This document shows positions 15,824 to 25,271 of a stretch of 64,000 nt of DNA, one piece after another. The number at the start of each line of letters is the position of its first letter. The stretch's first letter is position 1. Made by a program: the position numbers and the translations under genes. Source of the DNA: a virus; the IMG/VR virus record IMGVR_UViG_3300044614_002195, positions 134,290 through 198,289 of that record. One strand, given 5' to 3'. Below the pieces are notes generated by a model, which had not been told where the DNA came from, made no database searches, and saw only the letters and a list, made by a program, of their open reading frames with translations.

Positions 15824-17590
15824 TTATTGCTGTGGTGCTCCTGCGGCTTGTTGTTTTGCTCCTTGTAATCCTTGTGATCTAGATTGCGAGGTCATTTGCT
15901 CAAGCTGTGATTTTACCTGAGCATACAGCTCCTGATCTTGCGCCTTAATCTGCTGTAATTGCGCTCTTCTTTGTGCTCCATCTAAGGGAAATAGCTGCTG
16001 TGCGATCTGCTGCGCCTGCTGCAGTGCATCCTGTGGCGTCATTGCCTGCTGACCTCCTGCTGCTCCAGCTCCTCCTTGTTGTTGACCTCCCTGAAGCATT
16101 TGCATCAGAGATTGATTTGTGGAATCAGCGATTTGCTGGCGCTCTTGCTCTTCCTTCTGAAGATCTTGAGTGATCTTATCTTCTTCCATCTTTTTCTTAA
16201 CCTGATCCGAATAATCGAAGTTGTAGAGCTTGAGCAATTCGCTTCTCGCAATAGCGTTGGCTGAAACAAGCTGACCAACAATACCCTTGCGTTCAATATC
16301 ATCAGAAAAGGTGATAGGGATGAGAGATATTTTGGCTTTTGGTAAGCCTAAAATATTACTTATAACTTCTCCAATATGGTTTAACAGGATATTGTAATTG
16401 CTTGGGACGACACTCCAGGCATTCTCAAACATCCTAAGCATAGGCCCTGCGGCTTGCTGCTGGAAACTCATCTGGAACATTTCCACAGGTACATCCAGTG
16501 CATTTAGAATAGCATTTCTTGCGTTTTCCATCATCTCTACAGGGGCCAGTTTTGTTCCTTCGCCTCCTAGTTGCTGGTAGTTAATCGGAAAAGCAAATTT
16601 GTGGTATGAACCAGGATCTCTCCTGTGTTCATCAATCATATTATCCACAGCATTACTCCAAACAGCCCCGTTCTGGTTTAATAGAGGGTTGGCCGCAGGG
16701 TTGTTAGAGTCTCCCATAGATATCACCCTAAATGGAGCAATGTCTTCAAAACAAATTACCTCGTTATAGCGTTTCAAAGTTTGAAGCATGAATAAATCTT
16801 CAAATATAAACATGCTTGGAGGAATAGCCTTACCGTCGGTTCTGATGGTGCTAGGGGTATCCAGCTTCAAATGCACAAAGTTTTTAGTGTTAAACGCCAG
16901 CATTGTCTTGTTAAAGACGCAGTCGAAGACTACTTTTGGCGTTTTCTTGCTATAAAACTTATTGTTTTTTGTAATTACTTTTTTAGCGTATTGCTGAGGG
17001 ATATCCCAGAAATATTCAGATTCTCCAGTAGTTTCTTCGTATCTAATTTTTATTTCTTTGGCAGGCCAGTGTACAACATGAATTTTTTCTATGTCATTCG
17101 CAGGTTTATCTACACATTTATGCTCACCTTTATAGTTGCACTTGAGACAAGCCATCATATACTTGCCTTTATTGAACTCAAAGTTGTTAAGTTTATCTAT
17201 ATTAGAGGTCTTGTTACAGTTAGGGCAGGATAGATAGCGATGAAACCCTTGGTTAACAGTCACGAACTCATTACCATAAGCCAGTAAGTTTAAACCAGCC
17301 TTAGAGCATATCTTTTTCCACTGAAGCTTATCTAAAGTTTCTTGATAAGTTTTCTTTGCTTCTTCGTCATCGCATTCAATGGTGAGAGAAGTAATAAAAT
17401 AGTTAGCAATTCTATTAAGTGCCTGCTTATAGAATCCATTTCTGAAAAGAAAGTGCTCTGCCCACAAAAGCATCCCCTCGATGTTCATCGGAAGATACTG
17501 CAGCGGCACATTATAGAATGGGTTGGAATAACGGTCTCTACCGTTGTCTCCCACTTTGAAATAACTTTGAGGATCGTCTGGCGTAGTCAT
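15824..17590 (-). CDS. Probable portal protein with zinc-ribbon insertion
   Basis: 588 aa, helical; CPNC...CLKC insert; Q/G-rich C-tail; structural-gene context. No diagnostic motif confirmed. Confidence 0.5.
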   Translation of the reverse strand: MTTPDDPQSYFKVGDNGRDRYSNPFYNVPLQYLPMNIEGMLLWAEHFLFRNGFYKQALNRIANYFITSLTIECDDEEAKKTYQETLDKLQWKKICSKAGLNLLAYGNEFVTVNQGFHRYLSCPNCNKTSNIDKLNNFEFNKGKYMMACLKCNYKGEHKCVDKPANDIEKIHVVHWPAKEIKIRYEETTGESEYFWDIPQQYAKKVITKNNKFYSKKTPKVVFDCVFNKTMLAFNTKNFVHLKLDTPSTIRTDGKAIPPSMFIFEDLFMLQTLKRYNEVICFEDIAPFRVISMGDSNNPAANPLLNQNGAVWSNAVDNMIDEHRRDPGSYHKFAFPINYQQLGGEGTKLAPVEMMENARNAILNALDVPVEMFQMSFQQQAAGPMLRMFENAWSVVPSNYNILLNHIGEVISNILGLPKAKISLIPITFSDDIERKGIVGQLVSANAIARSELLKLYNFDYSDQVKKKMEEDKITQDLQKEEQERQQIADSTNQSLMQMLQGGQQQGGAGAAGGQQAMTPQDALQQAQQIAQQLFPLDGAQRRAQLQQIKAQDQELYAQVKSQLEQMTSQSRSQGLQGAKQQAAGAPQQ

Positions 17591-17752
17591 TTATTTTTCT
17601 TGTTTCAAATTCTCTATTGCTTGAGGATTTTTAAGTTTTTCTTTGTTTTTGTCGTCAGCAACTAAAAAACCGTCCTTGTCATACCATTCAGCTTTTTTGG
17701 TGTTGTCAAAGTCACTTAGAGACTTGTCTGTGAGCATTCCATTTTTTTCCAT
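17591..17752 (-). CDS. Small hypothetical protein (53 aa, not in the ORF track)
   Basis: MEKNGMLTDKSLSDFDNTKKAEWYDKDG...; stop abuts the portal ATG. Confidence 0.6.
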   Translation of the reverse strand: MEKNGMLTDKSLSDFDNTKKAEWYDKDGFLVADDKNKEKLKNPQAIENLKQEK

Positions 17753-17756
17753 AATA

Positions 17757-18362
17757 TTATTCTTGATTTTCTGTAGGTATTTTAAATAGAATCATAATCT
17801 TTTTAACCGAATCTGGCCAGTCAAAAGTCACCCCAGGGTAATACACGTCATGTTTGCGCTTGTACTGATCATATAACGCTAGAGTTTCTCCTATCTTAGG
17901 CTCAAAAACTACGTCATCTTCGTTTTTAAATACAAGCATGAAGGCTTGCTCATGTTCCACCAAGCTTTCTACCTTTGCTTTCATCTTACCGAAGGCATTT
18001 TCAAACTGTATGGTGACTAGCTGCACTTCGGGCGGTGGAATAAATTGCTCTTGAGAATAAAAAGAATCCGCAGTCTCAGCTAATTTACGCTTAGACCATG
18101 AATTTTCTGAAGTTTTTTTAATTTCTTTTTTCTTTGCTGATTTATTGCCTGGTGACTGTACCTTTTTTCCTCCGTTCCTGGTAAGAGACTGCATGATTTC
18201 TTGCTGCTGAGCTTCAAGATCTGCCTCGGATCCGTAAATAAATGTACCTGCACTGTTTATTTTAGCTCCTGTAGCAGAATAAACAGATTTACTTGGATCT
18301 GAAGAACCTATAACTAAATCTCCGGTTCTAAACATATCTGAATTGTTGTATTGCATAGCCAT
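17757..18362 (-). CDS. Hypothetical protein
   Basis: First gene of the minus-strand operon. Confidence 0.7.
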   Translation of the reverse strand: MAMQYNNSDMFRTGDLVIGSSDPSKSVYSATGAKINSAGTFIYGSEADLEAQQQEIMQSLTRNGGKKVQSPGNKSAKKKEIKKTSENSWSKRKLAETADSFYSQEQFIPPPEVQLVTIQFENAFGKMKAKVESLVEHEQAFMLVFKNEDDVVFEPKIGETLALYDQYKRKHDVYYPGVTFDWPDSVKKIMILFKIPTENQE

Positions 18363-18437
18363 ATTTTTATTAATTTTGCTCTTAGGACAACTTAATGTAT
18401 AATAACTAGATAAAATGGCAACATCTTTGTACTTAAA

Positions 18438-19703
18438 ATGAGAAAAAGCATCCAGATATCTAAGCGGAGCACAATCTATATACCCGACATATCATCTTTT
18501 AAGCTGGTCGTAGAGACTTTGAACGCTGAGAATATGTCGGACAAAATTTTTGTCAACCAGAGAATAAGAAATTTTGCGAAAGAGCAGTTCGATGACACCT
18601 TTGTTGCTGTTTGCACCCCTGTACAATTAGAGGATTTTGCAGAAGATTCACCAGAAGAGGACACATCTTTCTACAGAACAAACAGCATTGAGCTTATAGG
18701 TAGAACTCCAGAATATTTACAGACAGTTTTTGAATCTTTGGTGTATGAAGTTAAAAAATTGGTACTGGATTTAGAGCAGTTAGACTCTTTAAGTGAGGCT
18801 GAGATTTATACTATTACTTCAGAAGAAGAAATTTTGATGACTCCTAGTGCTCCAACCATAACAGCCGCAGAAGGCGGCAATGGAGAAATCGCAGTGTATT
18901 TTACACCTCCAGAAAGCAATGGAGGATCTGTAATAATTAACTACGAATATACTTTAAATGACGGTTTTTCTTGGGTCAGTAGATCTCCTGTGAGTGTTTC
19001 CTCTCCATTGAAAATTTATGGACTAGAAAATAACAGTATATACAGAATAAAACTCAGAGCAGCAAACAAAACAGGCGCAGGACTATCTTCTGCAAAAGTT
19101 TATGCAGCGCCCACTTTACCAGGCGTGCCGAATTCTCCTGTAATAATTGGTGTGTATACTGATGTTGACGACAGTTTAGCTATAGAATTTAACCGACCTA
19201 TAAGTACCGGAGGAAGCACTATCACTGGCTATCAGTATAGTCTTGATGCTGGAGATACATGGCAGGAAGGCTCTAGCGCACTTAAAATTAATGTAACAAA
19301 CATCGTATTAAACCAAACGTACTATGTAAGTGTGCGAGCTAAAACAAGCACAATTGGGGTATATGGAGCAAAATCAACGCCAGTACAGTACGAAAAACGA
19401 GGTATAGTGGGTAGCTTGTTTACAGGCAGCGAAGATAGCAATTGGAGTAATTTAAACAACTGGACTTCTCAATCAGGTGCAGCCGCTTCAAGTTATCCTC
19501 AATCTACTACCGCTGTAACGTTAGATGCAGATTGTGTTGTAGATGTGGATGCGCAGTCATGGATCGAGCCAGCGGCAATAACTATCGGGGAATATAACAT
19601 AGTATTTAATTCCTCGCTTGAGCCCCATCCTATTATTTCATGCGATATAACCGCCACTACAGGAACTGTAACATTTAATGGAGTAGATTACGGAGCACTA
19701 TGA
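18438..19703 (+). CDS. Virion-type protein with two fibronectin type III domains
   Basis: PSAPTITAAEGGNGEIAVYFTPPESNGGSVIINYEY and a second FN3 (GGSTITGYQYSLD). Confidence 0.8.
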   Translation: MRKSIQISKRSTIYIPDISSFKLVVETLNAENMSDKIFVNQRIRNFAKEQFDDTFVAVCTPVQLEDFAEDSPEEDTSFYRTNSIELIGRTPEYLQTVFESLVYEVKKLVLDLEQLDSLSEAEIYTITSEEEILMTPSAPTITAAEGGNGEIAVYFTPPESNGGSVIINYEYTLNDGFSWVSRSPVSVSSPLKIYGLENNSIYRIKLRAANKTGAGLSSAKVYAAPTLPGVPNSPVIIGVYTDVDDSLAIEFNRPISTGGSTITGYQYSLDAGDTWQEGSSALKINVTNIVLNQTYYVSVRAKTSTIGVYGAKSTPVQYEKRGIVGSLFTGSEDSNWSNLNNWTSQSGAAASSYPQSTTAVTLDADCVVDVDAQSWIEPAAITIGEYNIVFNSSLEPHPIISCDITATTGTVTFNGVDYGAL

Positions 19704-20926
19704 GTACAATAATAGGAAACACAGAGTTTAATAACAGCAATAACAATGGCGCTGTGACGGGCGAGGCAGTCTTTAACGGTGACAGTACAAACGTAGGTAT
19801 TGTAGTGGGAGACGCTTATTTTTCAGATACATCGACTAACACAGGCACAATTGACGGCAATGCTGCTTTTTATGATACAGCTGTAAACAGCGGTGAGGTA
19901 ATAGAAGCTGCTGCATTTTTGGGTGAAGCTCAAAATAATGGTGAGATAGGACAGACCATGACTGAGCCGGAGATTACAGCGCAACCCCAGACTGTAAAAA
20001 AATTATCTGGCACAGGAAATGCGGAATTTTCAATTTCTGGTGAAGGCGCAATGTTAAATTGTAACTGGACAAATGGTTCTTGCGGTGGGCCTTACGGTAA
20101 ATATGCAGAATATAGGGTAATTACAATAGACGATCCAGGCCAGGGCCAATCAAGGGCTTGCGATGTGCTTTGCAAACTTGAAAATCCTGCAGGTCAAACT
20201 ACAGGAAACCTGGCTTTATGTATTTTTGGTGTTTTTCCTAGCGTGGATTTCACGCAGAACCCAGGAAACATAACTGTAGATGAATATACTGATGTGACTT
20301 TGAATTTAAATGGCACAAGCAATGACGATAAAGTATTATTAACTCTGGTAAACGCCGGAAATAACGCGATAATTACGTCAGGCACAGAAATTAGTGTTAC
20401 AAATGGAAGTTACAACGTACAAAACGTAGTAGTTGCCGCACAAGTACCCTTCTCTGCAAATAATACTAGCGTTAGAGTTAGAGTATCTGATTCTTTTGGT
20501 GAAAACTATTCACAGCCATTTATGTTGTTTGTAAACGACATGACGTTTGATCCACAAATAATTCAACAGCCTCAAAGTGTAGAGGCTTATCCAGGGCAAA
20601 CAGTATCATTTACAATTGTAGCAAGCGACGCTGTAGATTTCTATAAATGGTTGCTGTTTAATGCGAACAACCCACCTTTAAATTTGATGGAGCTCTCTAT
20701 CCCCGCAGCATGGAGTCCTGTTGGAGAAAATACATCCACACTCACAGTCACAATACCTGAAGGTTTACCTCTAGGCTATTACGACCCTAACAATATAGGA
20801 GGTTTATGTTTTCATTGCTTTATCTCGCATCCAGACTCACCGGGAGACGGGACTGGTGCAAAAATACCGCTCATGTCATATCCTGCATGTATGACTATCA
20901 TTGAGCCTCCTCAACCGCCGGAATAA
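19700..20926 (+). CDS. Virion-type protein with beta-helix repeats and Ig-like domains
   Basis: N-terminal NxGxVxGxAxF repeats; PEITAQPQ and PQIIQQPQSVEA Ig starts. Confidence 0.7.
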   Translation: MSTIIGNTEFNNSNNNGAVTGEAVFNGDSTNVGIVVGDAYFSDTSTNTGTIDGNAAFYDTAVNSGEVIEAAAFLGEAQNNGEIGQTMTEPEITAQPQTVKKLSGTGNAEFSISGEGAMLNCNWTNGSCGGPYGKYAEYRVITIDDPGQGQSRACDVLCKLENPAGQTTGNLALCIFGVFPSVDFTQNPGNITVDEYTDVTLNLNGTSNDDKVLLTLVNAGNNAIITSGTEISVTNGSYNVQNVVVAAQVPFSANNTSVRVRVSDSFGENYSQPFMLFVNDMTFDPQIIQQPQSVEAYPGQTVSFTIVASDAVDFYKWLLFNANNPPLNLMELSIPAAWSPVGENTSTLTVTIPEGLPLGYYDPNNIGGLCFHCFISHPDSPGDGTGAKIPLMSYPACMTIIEPPQPPE

Positions 20927-21084
20927 CGTAAAAAGTCTTTGCACAATTCAAATAGTTGGTTATATTTCTGGATACAGCGAACACAGTGTTTGACTGTACA
21001 AGAGGTGTACAAATTGTATATCTCTTGAAATTAAGTAATTACGCAAATTTCTGAAAAAAATCAGTTGTTTGCAAAAATAAAAAA

Positions 21085-22581
21085 ATGACCAGAACAACAC
21101 TAATCAAGCATTGTCTAAAGCTGCAAAAACAAAAAAAAGGTGTAGCTTCGTATTTAAAAACACAGGGATACAGTAGTAGAGAAATTGCTGATATTCAAAG
21201 AGATATGCAAGGAAAGCGGAAAGAAGTTAAGACAAAAGCAGCCAATATTGAGTTAGAGGATGACAAGTCCTGGAAGACCGGGCTAAAGTTCACAAAGAAG
21301 TACGTTTACAACAAAGAAGACGACAAGTATGTCATGTATCTTAAGGCAGCCAACAACAACATAGTGTTACCTGGAGATACTGTTAGGGGAATTGTGAAGA
21401 ACTACTCTAATTGGTGTGGCAAAGAAAACAGCATCAACGAGCTTTGTCGTAACTACAAAATACCTAGAGCCTATTTTAATGAACTAAGAGATATTCTTGA
21501 AATCACTCACGACTCAGAACCTATAACAAAAGAAGAACTGCAAGAGCGTGATGTAGATGAAATTGCTGAAGATTTGCTGCAGCAAAAAAGATTTCAGCTG
21601 CATCAAGAATTCCAGAAGCGTAGCTGGGAACAGACTGAAGAAGCTGCGTCTAAATGGTTCAAGATGCAGGAAGGCGTATATAACCCGTTCACGAATTTCC
21701 TTAACTCATGGAAGCCTCAAAAATATACACCTGTTAAATACTCTGGACCTGTTAAAAAAAATAAGCCTAGTAAGAAAGCATTGATTGTGGGACTCAGTGA
21801 CGTCCATTTTGGGGCAAAATCAAATCCTAAAGATTCTTATAGGAACAAAGGTTATAGTACACAAGAAGCAGTCGAATGCTTGGATGTTTACGCTAAAGGT
21901 ATTAAAGATATTGTAGAAGAAAGGAATTACACATTTGATGAATGTGTGCTTACTTCACTAGGAGATATCCTCCATACCACAGGTTCAGGCTTCACAACAA
22001 AAGGAACAATGCTTGTACATGACTGCGTTAAAGAAGAGCAATTTAATGCTGCTTTTGAGAGTATTTCAAAGCTAATCATGAATTTGCTTTCCTTATTTCC
22101 GAAAGTACATGTGAAGAGTGTAAAGGGTAACCATAATGACTTTGGTGACTATGTTTTATTTAAGGCTCTTGAATGTTATTTCAGAGCAGAGAAGCGTATC
22201 ACTTTCGATGTGTTCCAGTCTGACCACGGGCTGTTTAAAATTAACAAATGCTTGTTTATTATTTCCCATGGATACAGTGCAGAATATAAAGGGCGAATTC
22301 CTGCTCAGGGAAAAGCTAGAGAAAGCTATATTGCCAATCTATTCCTGAGTAAGCCTGAAACATTGTTAGATGTAAGCCAGAAAGTACTTCTCACTGCAGA
22401 TCAGCATCATCTTGAAATGCGTGAGTATAGCGAGTTCGAGCACTATATGCTTTCTACTACAGTTAGAGGAGACAAGCATAGCGAAGCTATGGGTCTCAAT
22501 AATAAACCAAGACAATCTTGTTTTGTTGTAGACAACGACGGCATTAAAGAGATAGTTTATTGCTATGGTAAAGGTAATTAA
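21085..22581 (+). CDS. Metallophosphoesterase/nuclease with N-terminal HTH-like region
   Basis: GLSDVHFG, LGDILH, KGNHN, SHG, ADQHH motifs. Confidence 0.8.
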   Translation: MTRTTLIKHCLKLQKQKKGVASYLKTQGYSSREIADIQRDMQGKRKEVKTKAANIELEDDKSWKTGLKFTKKYVYNKEDDKYVMYLKAANNNIVLPGDTVRGIVKNYSNWCGKENSINELCRNYKIPRAYFNELRDILEITHDSEPITKEELQERDVDEIAEDLLQQKRFQLHQEFQKRSWEQTEEAASKWFKMQEGVYNPFTNFLNSWKPQKYTPVKYSGPVKKNKPSKKALIVGLSDVHFGAKSNPKDSYRNKGYSTQEAVECLDVYAKGIKDIVEERNYTFDECVLTSLGDILHTTGSGFTTKGTMLVHDCVKEEQFNAAFESISKLIMNLLSLFPKVHVKSVKGNHNDFGDYVLFKALECYFRAEKRITFDVFQSDHGLFKINKCLFIISHGYSAEYKGRIPAQGKARESYIANLFLSKPETLLDVSQKVLLTADQHHLEMREYSEFEHYMLSTTVRGDKHSEAMGLNNKPRQSCFVVDNDGIKEIVYCYGKGN

Positions 22582-22966
22582 ACTATCGCTAATCCTATTA
22601 GCGGTAACGTGCTTAGGACTTACACTGAATCAAGATTACCACATCACAGACAACTCTGGTGTGGTAATTCCTGGTCAACTTGTATATGCCGCCACAGGAG
22701 CTACAGTAACGATAAGAAGAACAGATGGTTTTCTGTATGTAGGTAAAATTACAGAAGTACAAGAATCAGCTGAAGGCTTTAAGGTTTACGGTCAAATTGA
22801 CAATGTGGACGACAGCTTCTTCGGTTTTTCCATATCAAAAGGCGGAGTATTTGCGGGCGCAATTGTAGAAAGATCAGCTAATAAAACTTATGTGCTAGAG
22901 TTTAGCTTAGAACATAAAGGTTATATCTTTTTAAGAACGCTGAAGTACGACAAAACTTTCGCATAG
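22565..22966 (+). CDS. Secreted or membrane hypothetical protein
   Basis: N-terminal signal peptide. Confidence 0.65.
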   Translation: MVKVIKLSLILLAVTCLGLTLNQDYHITDNSGVVIPGQLVYAATGATVTIRRTDGFLYVGKITEVQESAEGFKVYGQIDNVDDSFFGFSISKGGVFAGAIVERSANKTYVLEFSLEHKGYIFLRTLKYDKTFA

Positions 22967-22991
22967 AGGACAAAATTATTTTGTTCTTTTT

Positions 22992-23022
22992 TTGGTATAA
23001 TATATTGATAGAGCAATCTATT
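22992..23022 (+). promoter_or_regulatory. Promoter for the second tRNA cluster
   Basis: TTGGTATAATATATTGA identical to 10899-10915, then a small ATAG/CTAT hairpin. Confidence 0.65.
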
Positions 23023-23031
23023 AAAGCTTTC

Positions 23032-23107
23032 GGGATTGTAGCTCAATGGTCAGAGCAGGCGACTCATAATCGCTTGGTTGGGGGTTCGAATCCCTCCAGT
23101 CCCACCA
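23032..23107 (+). tRNA. tRNA(CAT), probably Ile2 (lysidine-modified)
   Basis: GGGATTG/CAGTCCC acceptor; GGCGA-CTCATAA-TCGCT arm as in E. coli ileX; CCA. Confidence 0.85.
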
Positions 23108-23118
23108 TTTTTTGATTA

Positions 23119-23206
23119 GGCTAAGTGGCGAAATGGCAGACGCAACGGACTTAAAATCCGTTGAGGAGCAATCCTCGTGAGGGTTCGAGTCCCTCCTTAG
23201 CTACCA
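23119..23206 (+). tRNA. tRNA-Leu(TAA)
   Basis: ACGGA-CTTAAAA-TCCGT arm, long variable arm, CCA. Confidence 0.93.
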
Positions 23207-23281
23207 TTTTAATATATGTATTTACTCGTAATAGCCGCCATAGCCGTAACAATTTTCAACATCAGTAAGAAATAACTTTCT

Positions 23282-23358
23282 GTGCCTGTAGCTCAGCTGG
23301 ATAGAGCAACGGATTTCTAATCCGTTGGTCGCAGGTTCAAATCCTGCCAGGCACGCCA
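23282..23358 (+). tRNA. tRNA-Arg(TCT)
   Basis: GTGCCTG/CAGGCAC acceptor, ACGGA-TTTCTAA-TCCGT arm, CCA. Confidence 0.95.
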
Positions 23359-23363
23359 TTTTT

Positions 23364-23591
23364 ATGAATATCATCATATCTTTGATTATATTGACCGTAT
23401 TTGGTCTTACTATAATATTTGCGCCATTTGCTCTGGTATGGGCAATCAATGTTCTATTCGATCTGCACAACGAATATAATGTTGTTTCGTGGTTGGCTAG
23501 TGTTGTGCTGATCGTAACAATGTTAGGAATATTCAAACCCACAAATGCAGAAAAACATCACCGAATCTCAGGAAAAGATTCAGACCCATAA
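23364..23591 (+). CDS. Small membrane protein
   Basis: Two to three TM helices; ATG follows tRNA-Arg. Confidence 0.65.
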   Translation: MNIIISLIILTVFGLTIIFAPFALVWAINVLFDLHNEYNVVSWLASVVLIVTMLGIFKPTNAEKHHRISGKDSDP

Positions 23592-24198
23592 ACAAATCAA
23601 TAAATTTCTTTTTCCCTGGATTGATCACAACAGGGGTAAAGCTCAAAGCCAAGTGATCACAATGCCTGCCAACTCTGGCAGGCACGAGAACCAGATTCTA
23701 GAGTATCTCAATCAAGAAAAGTCGAACACGGTGTTAAGGACGTTCGACAAAGACTTTTCTTCAGCCGAGACAGGAATCAATATAAAAGGTAAGTGGGAGC
23801 ACTACCGAGGCGATATATTCAGATCGCTGGAAAAAATAAACCCAGCTCCGCAACCAACGGCCGCATGGTTTGATTTCTGTGGAGGACTCACTGAAGACAA
23901 TAAGATCGGGATAGTCCAATCTATAGATAAATTTTTTACGCATGGATCATTGTTGTTTGTAACTTTAGCTGTGAATGCTATTCGCAGTCTTGGCAACAAC
24001 TCAACAACCCGTGAGGTATACGAATGTGCCAGCAGTAGCTACGGTAAAATGATCTTAACAGATCAGTTACTTAGGCAAATGGTGGCGAGAACAGGAAAGA
24101 AAATAAACCCAATAACCGAAACATACACATATAGACGAATGGCGACTACCTTTGCGGTATATAGCTATATAGTCGAATCAACAACACACATCATATGA
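23545..24198 (+). CDS. Hypothetical protein, possibly class I SAM-MTase-like fold
   Basis: TMPANSG, RTFDKD, GDIF, AWFDFCG pattern; weak resemblance. Confidence 0.4.
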   Translation: MQKNITESQEKIQTHKQINKFLFPWIDHNRGKAQSQVITMPANSGRHENQILEYLNQEKSNTVLRTFDKDFSSAETGINIKGKWEHYRGDIFRSLEKINPAPQPTAAWFDFCGGLTEDNKIGIVQSIDKFFTHGSLLFVTLAVNAIRSLGNNSTTREVYECASSSYGKMILTDQLLRQMVARTGKKINPITETYTYRRMATTFAVYSYIVESTTHII

Positions 24199-24890
24199 AA
24201 GAAACATTCAACAGCAGAAGTAAGGTAATCTACGCAAAAGCATTGGAGGTAGCCGCAGAAGAGGTGGCTTTCTATCAGAGTAAACTTGAAAAGTCGAAAG
24301 AGCTATTCTCACTTTGCGAGAGGCTTCTAGGAGGGTTAGATGAGAAAAGGCCGATATTCTACAGAAAGCCTATATCGAAAGATTTTGACATCAAACTAGA
24401 GTTTAATAAAGGGTTTGAAGACGCAATCAACCGTGCAGGTGGAAGAGAAAAGATAGAAAAGGAAATGGCAAAACAGGCCGCTAAATCTCCAATTGTTAGC
24501 GGAATATTTCCTTTTATGTCTCAAGGCGGAGCGTTTACTACAACAGAGCTGGCAGAGAAGACAGGACTATCCAAAAAGTCTGTGCAGAATTGGCTATGCG
24601 CCAATAAAAACATGCTTGAGGTTGAGCTGGTTCCTGGTCAGCTTGTTCGTAAACAATATAAACTAGTTAAAAAAAATCTGCCGAGTGCGGAAAAGATTAC
24701 TGCTTTTGATCTAATAGAAAAATCCGTTAGCAGCAAACCTTTATCCGTAAAAGAAATTACACATGTTTCAGGAGTAAGTAGTGCAACAGTATTTAGGTGG
24801 TTACGACTAAATAAAAAACATATTGAGACAGGCAGCAAGCCCTGCGACGGTCGTAAGGGTTGGAGTACACCTACATATAAATTAAAATAA
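24195..24890 (+). CDS. DNA-binding protein with two winged-HTH domains
   Basis: FTTTELAEKTGLSKKSVQNWL and LSVKEITHVSGVSSATVFRWL. Confidence 0.75.
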   Translation: MKETFNSRSKVIYAKALEVAAEEVAFYQSKLEKSKELFSLCERLLGGLDEKRPIFYRKPISKDFDIKLEFNKGFEDAINRAGGREKIEKEMAKQAAKSPIVSGIFPFMSQGGAFTTTELAEKTGLSKKSVQNWLCANKNMLEVELVPGQLVRKQYKLVKKNLPSAEKITAFDLIEKSVSSKPLSVKEITHVSGVSSATVFRWLRLNKKHIETGSKPCDGRKGWSTPTYKLK

Positions 24891-24891
24891 C

Positions 24892-25167
24892 ATGAGGAAT
24901 ATAGTCGCATCAGTAGCTATTATTATCTGCCTTTCTCTTGGAGTATGGCAGATAAAAACGGAAGGCCACAAAGAGCAGCAGCCTAGCACCACTGTAACTG
25001 AAAGAACAGGCATGCAGTGTCCTGCGCTTTACGGTGTGCCTGGAGCTACAGTAGATCAGGATCTTCCCAGCTCAATAAAGCATTGCAAATGTGAGATCGG
25101 CGCAATGCTAGAGCAAAAGGATGGTTCGTTCAGATGTTCGTATTGCGGTAAAACCGAAAACGAATAA
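24892..25167 (+). CDS. Membrane-anchored protein with Cys cluster
   Basis: Signal/TM segment; CKC...CSYC. Confidence 0.6.
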   Translation: MRNIVASVAIIICLSLGVWQIKTEGHKEQQPSTTVTERTGMQCPALYGVPGATVDQDLPSSIKHCKCEIGAMLEQKDGSFRCSYCGKTENE

Positions 25168-25186
25168 TCAAAAAATGTCCCCACGG

Positions 25187-25247
25187 GCCTCACTCTCCTT
25201 ATGGAGGGTGGGGCTTTTTTTAGCTATCAGGCCCCCTAATGTAATAT
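25187..25247 (+). terminator. Terminator + AGCTATCAG box + -10-like element
   Basis: GCCTCACTCTCC-TTAT-GGAGGGTGGGGC, T-run, box 25222-25230, TAATAT 25242-25247. Confidence 0.78.
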
Positions 25248-25271
25248 ACGATATCCTGGTATAGTAATTTG

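Noticed and set aside
23222-23542. Minus-strand ORF over tRNA-Arg
   Set aside because: Antisense translation of the tRNA and the membrane gene.
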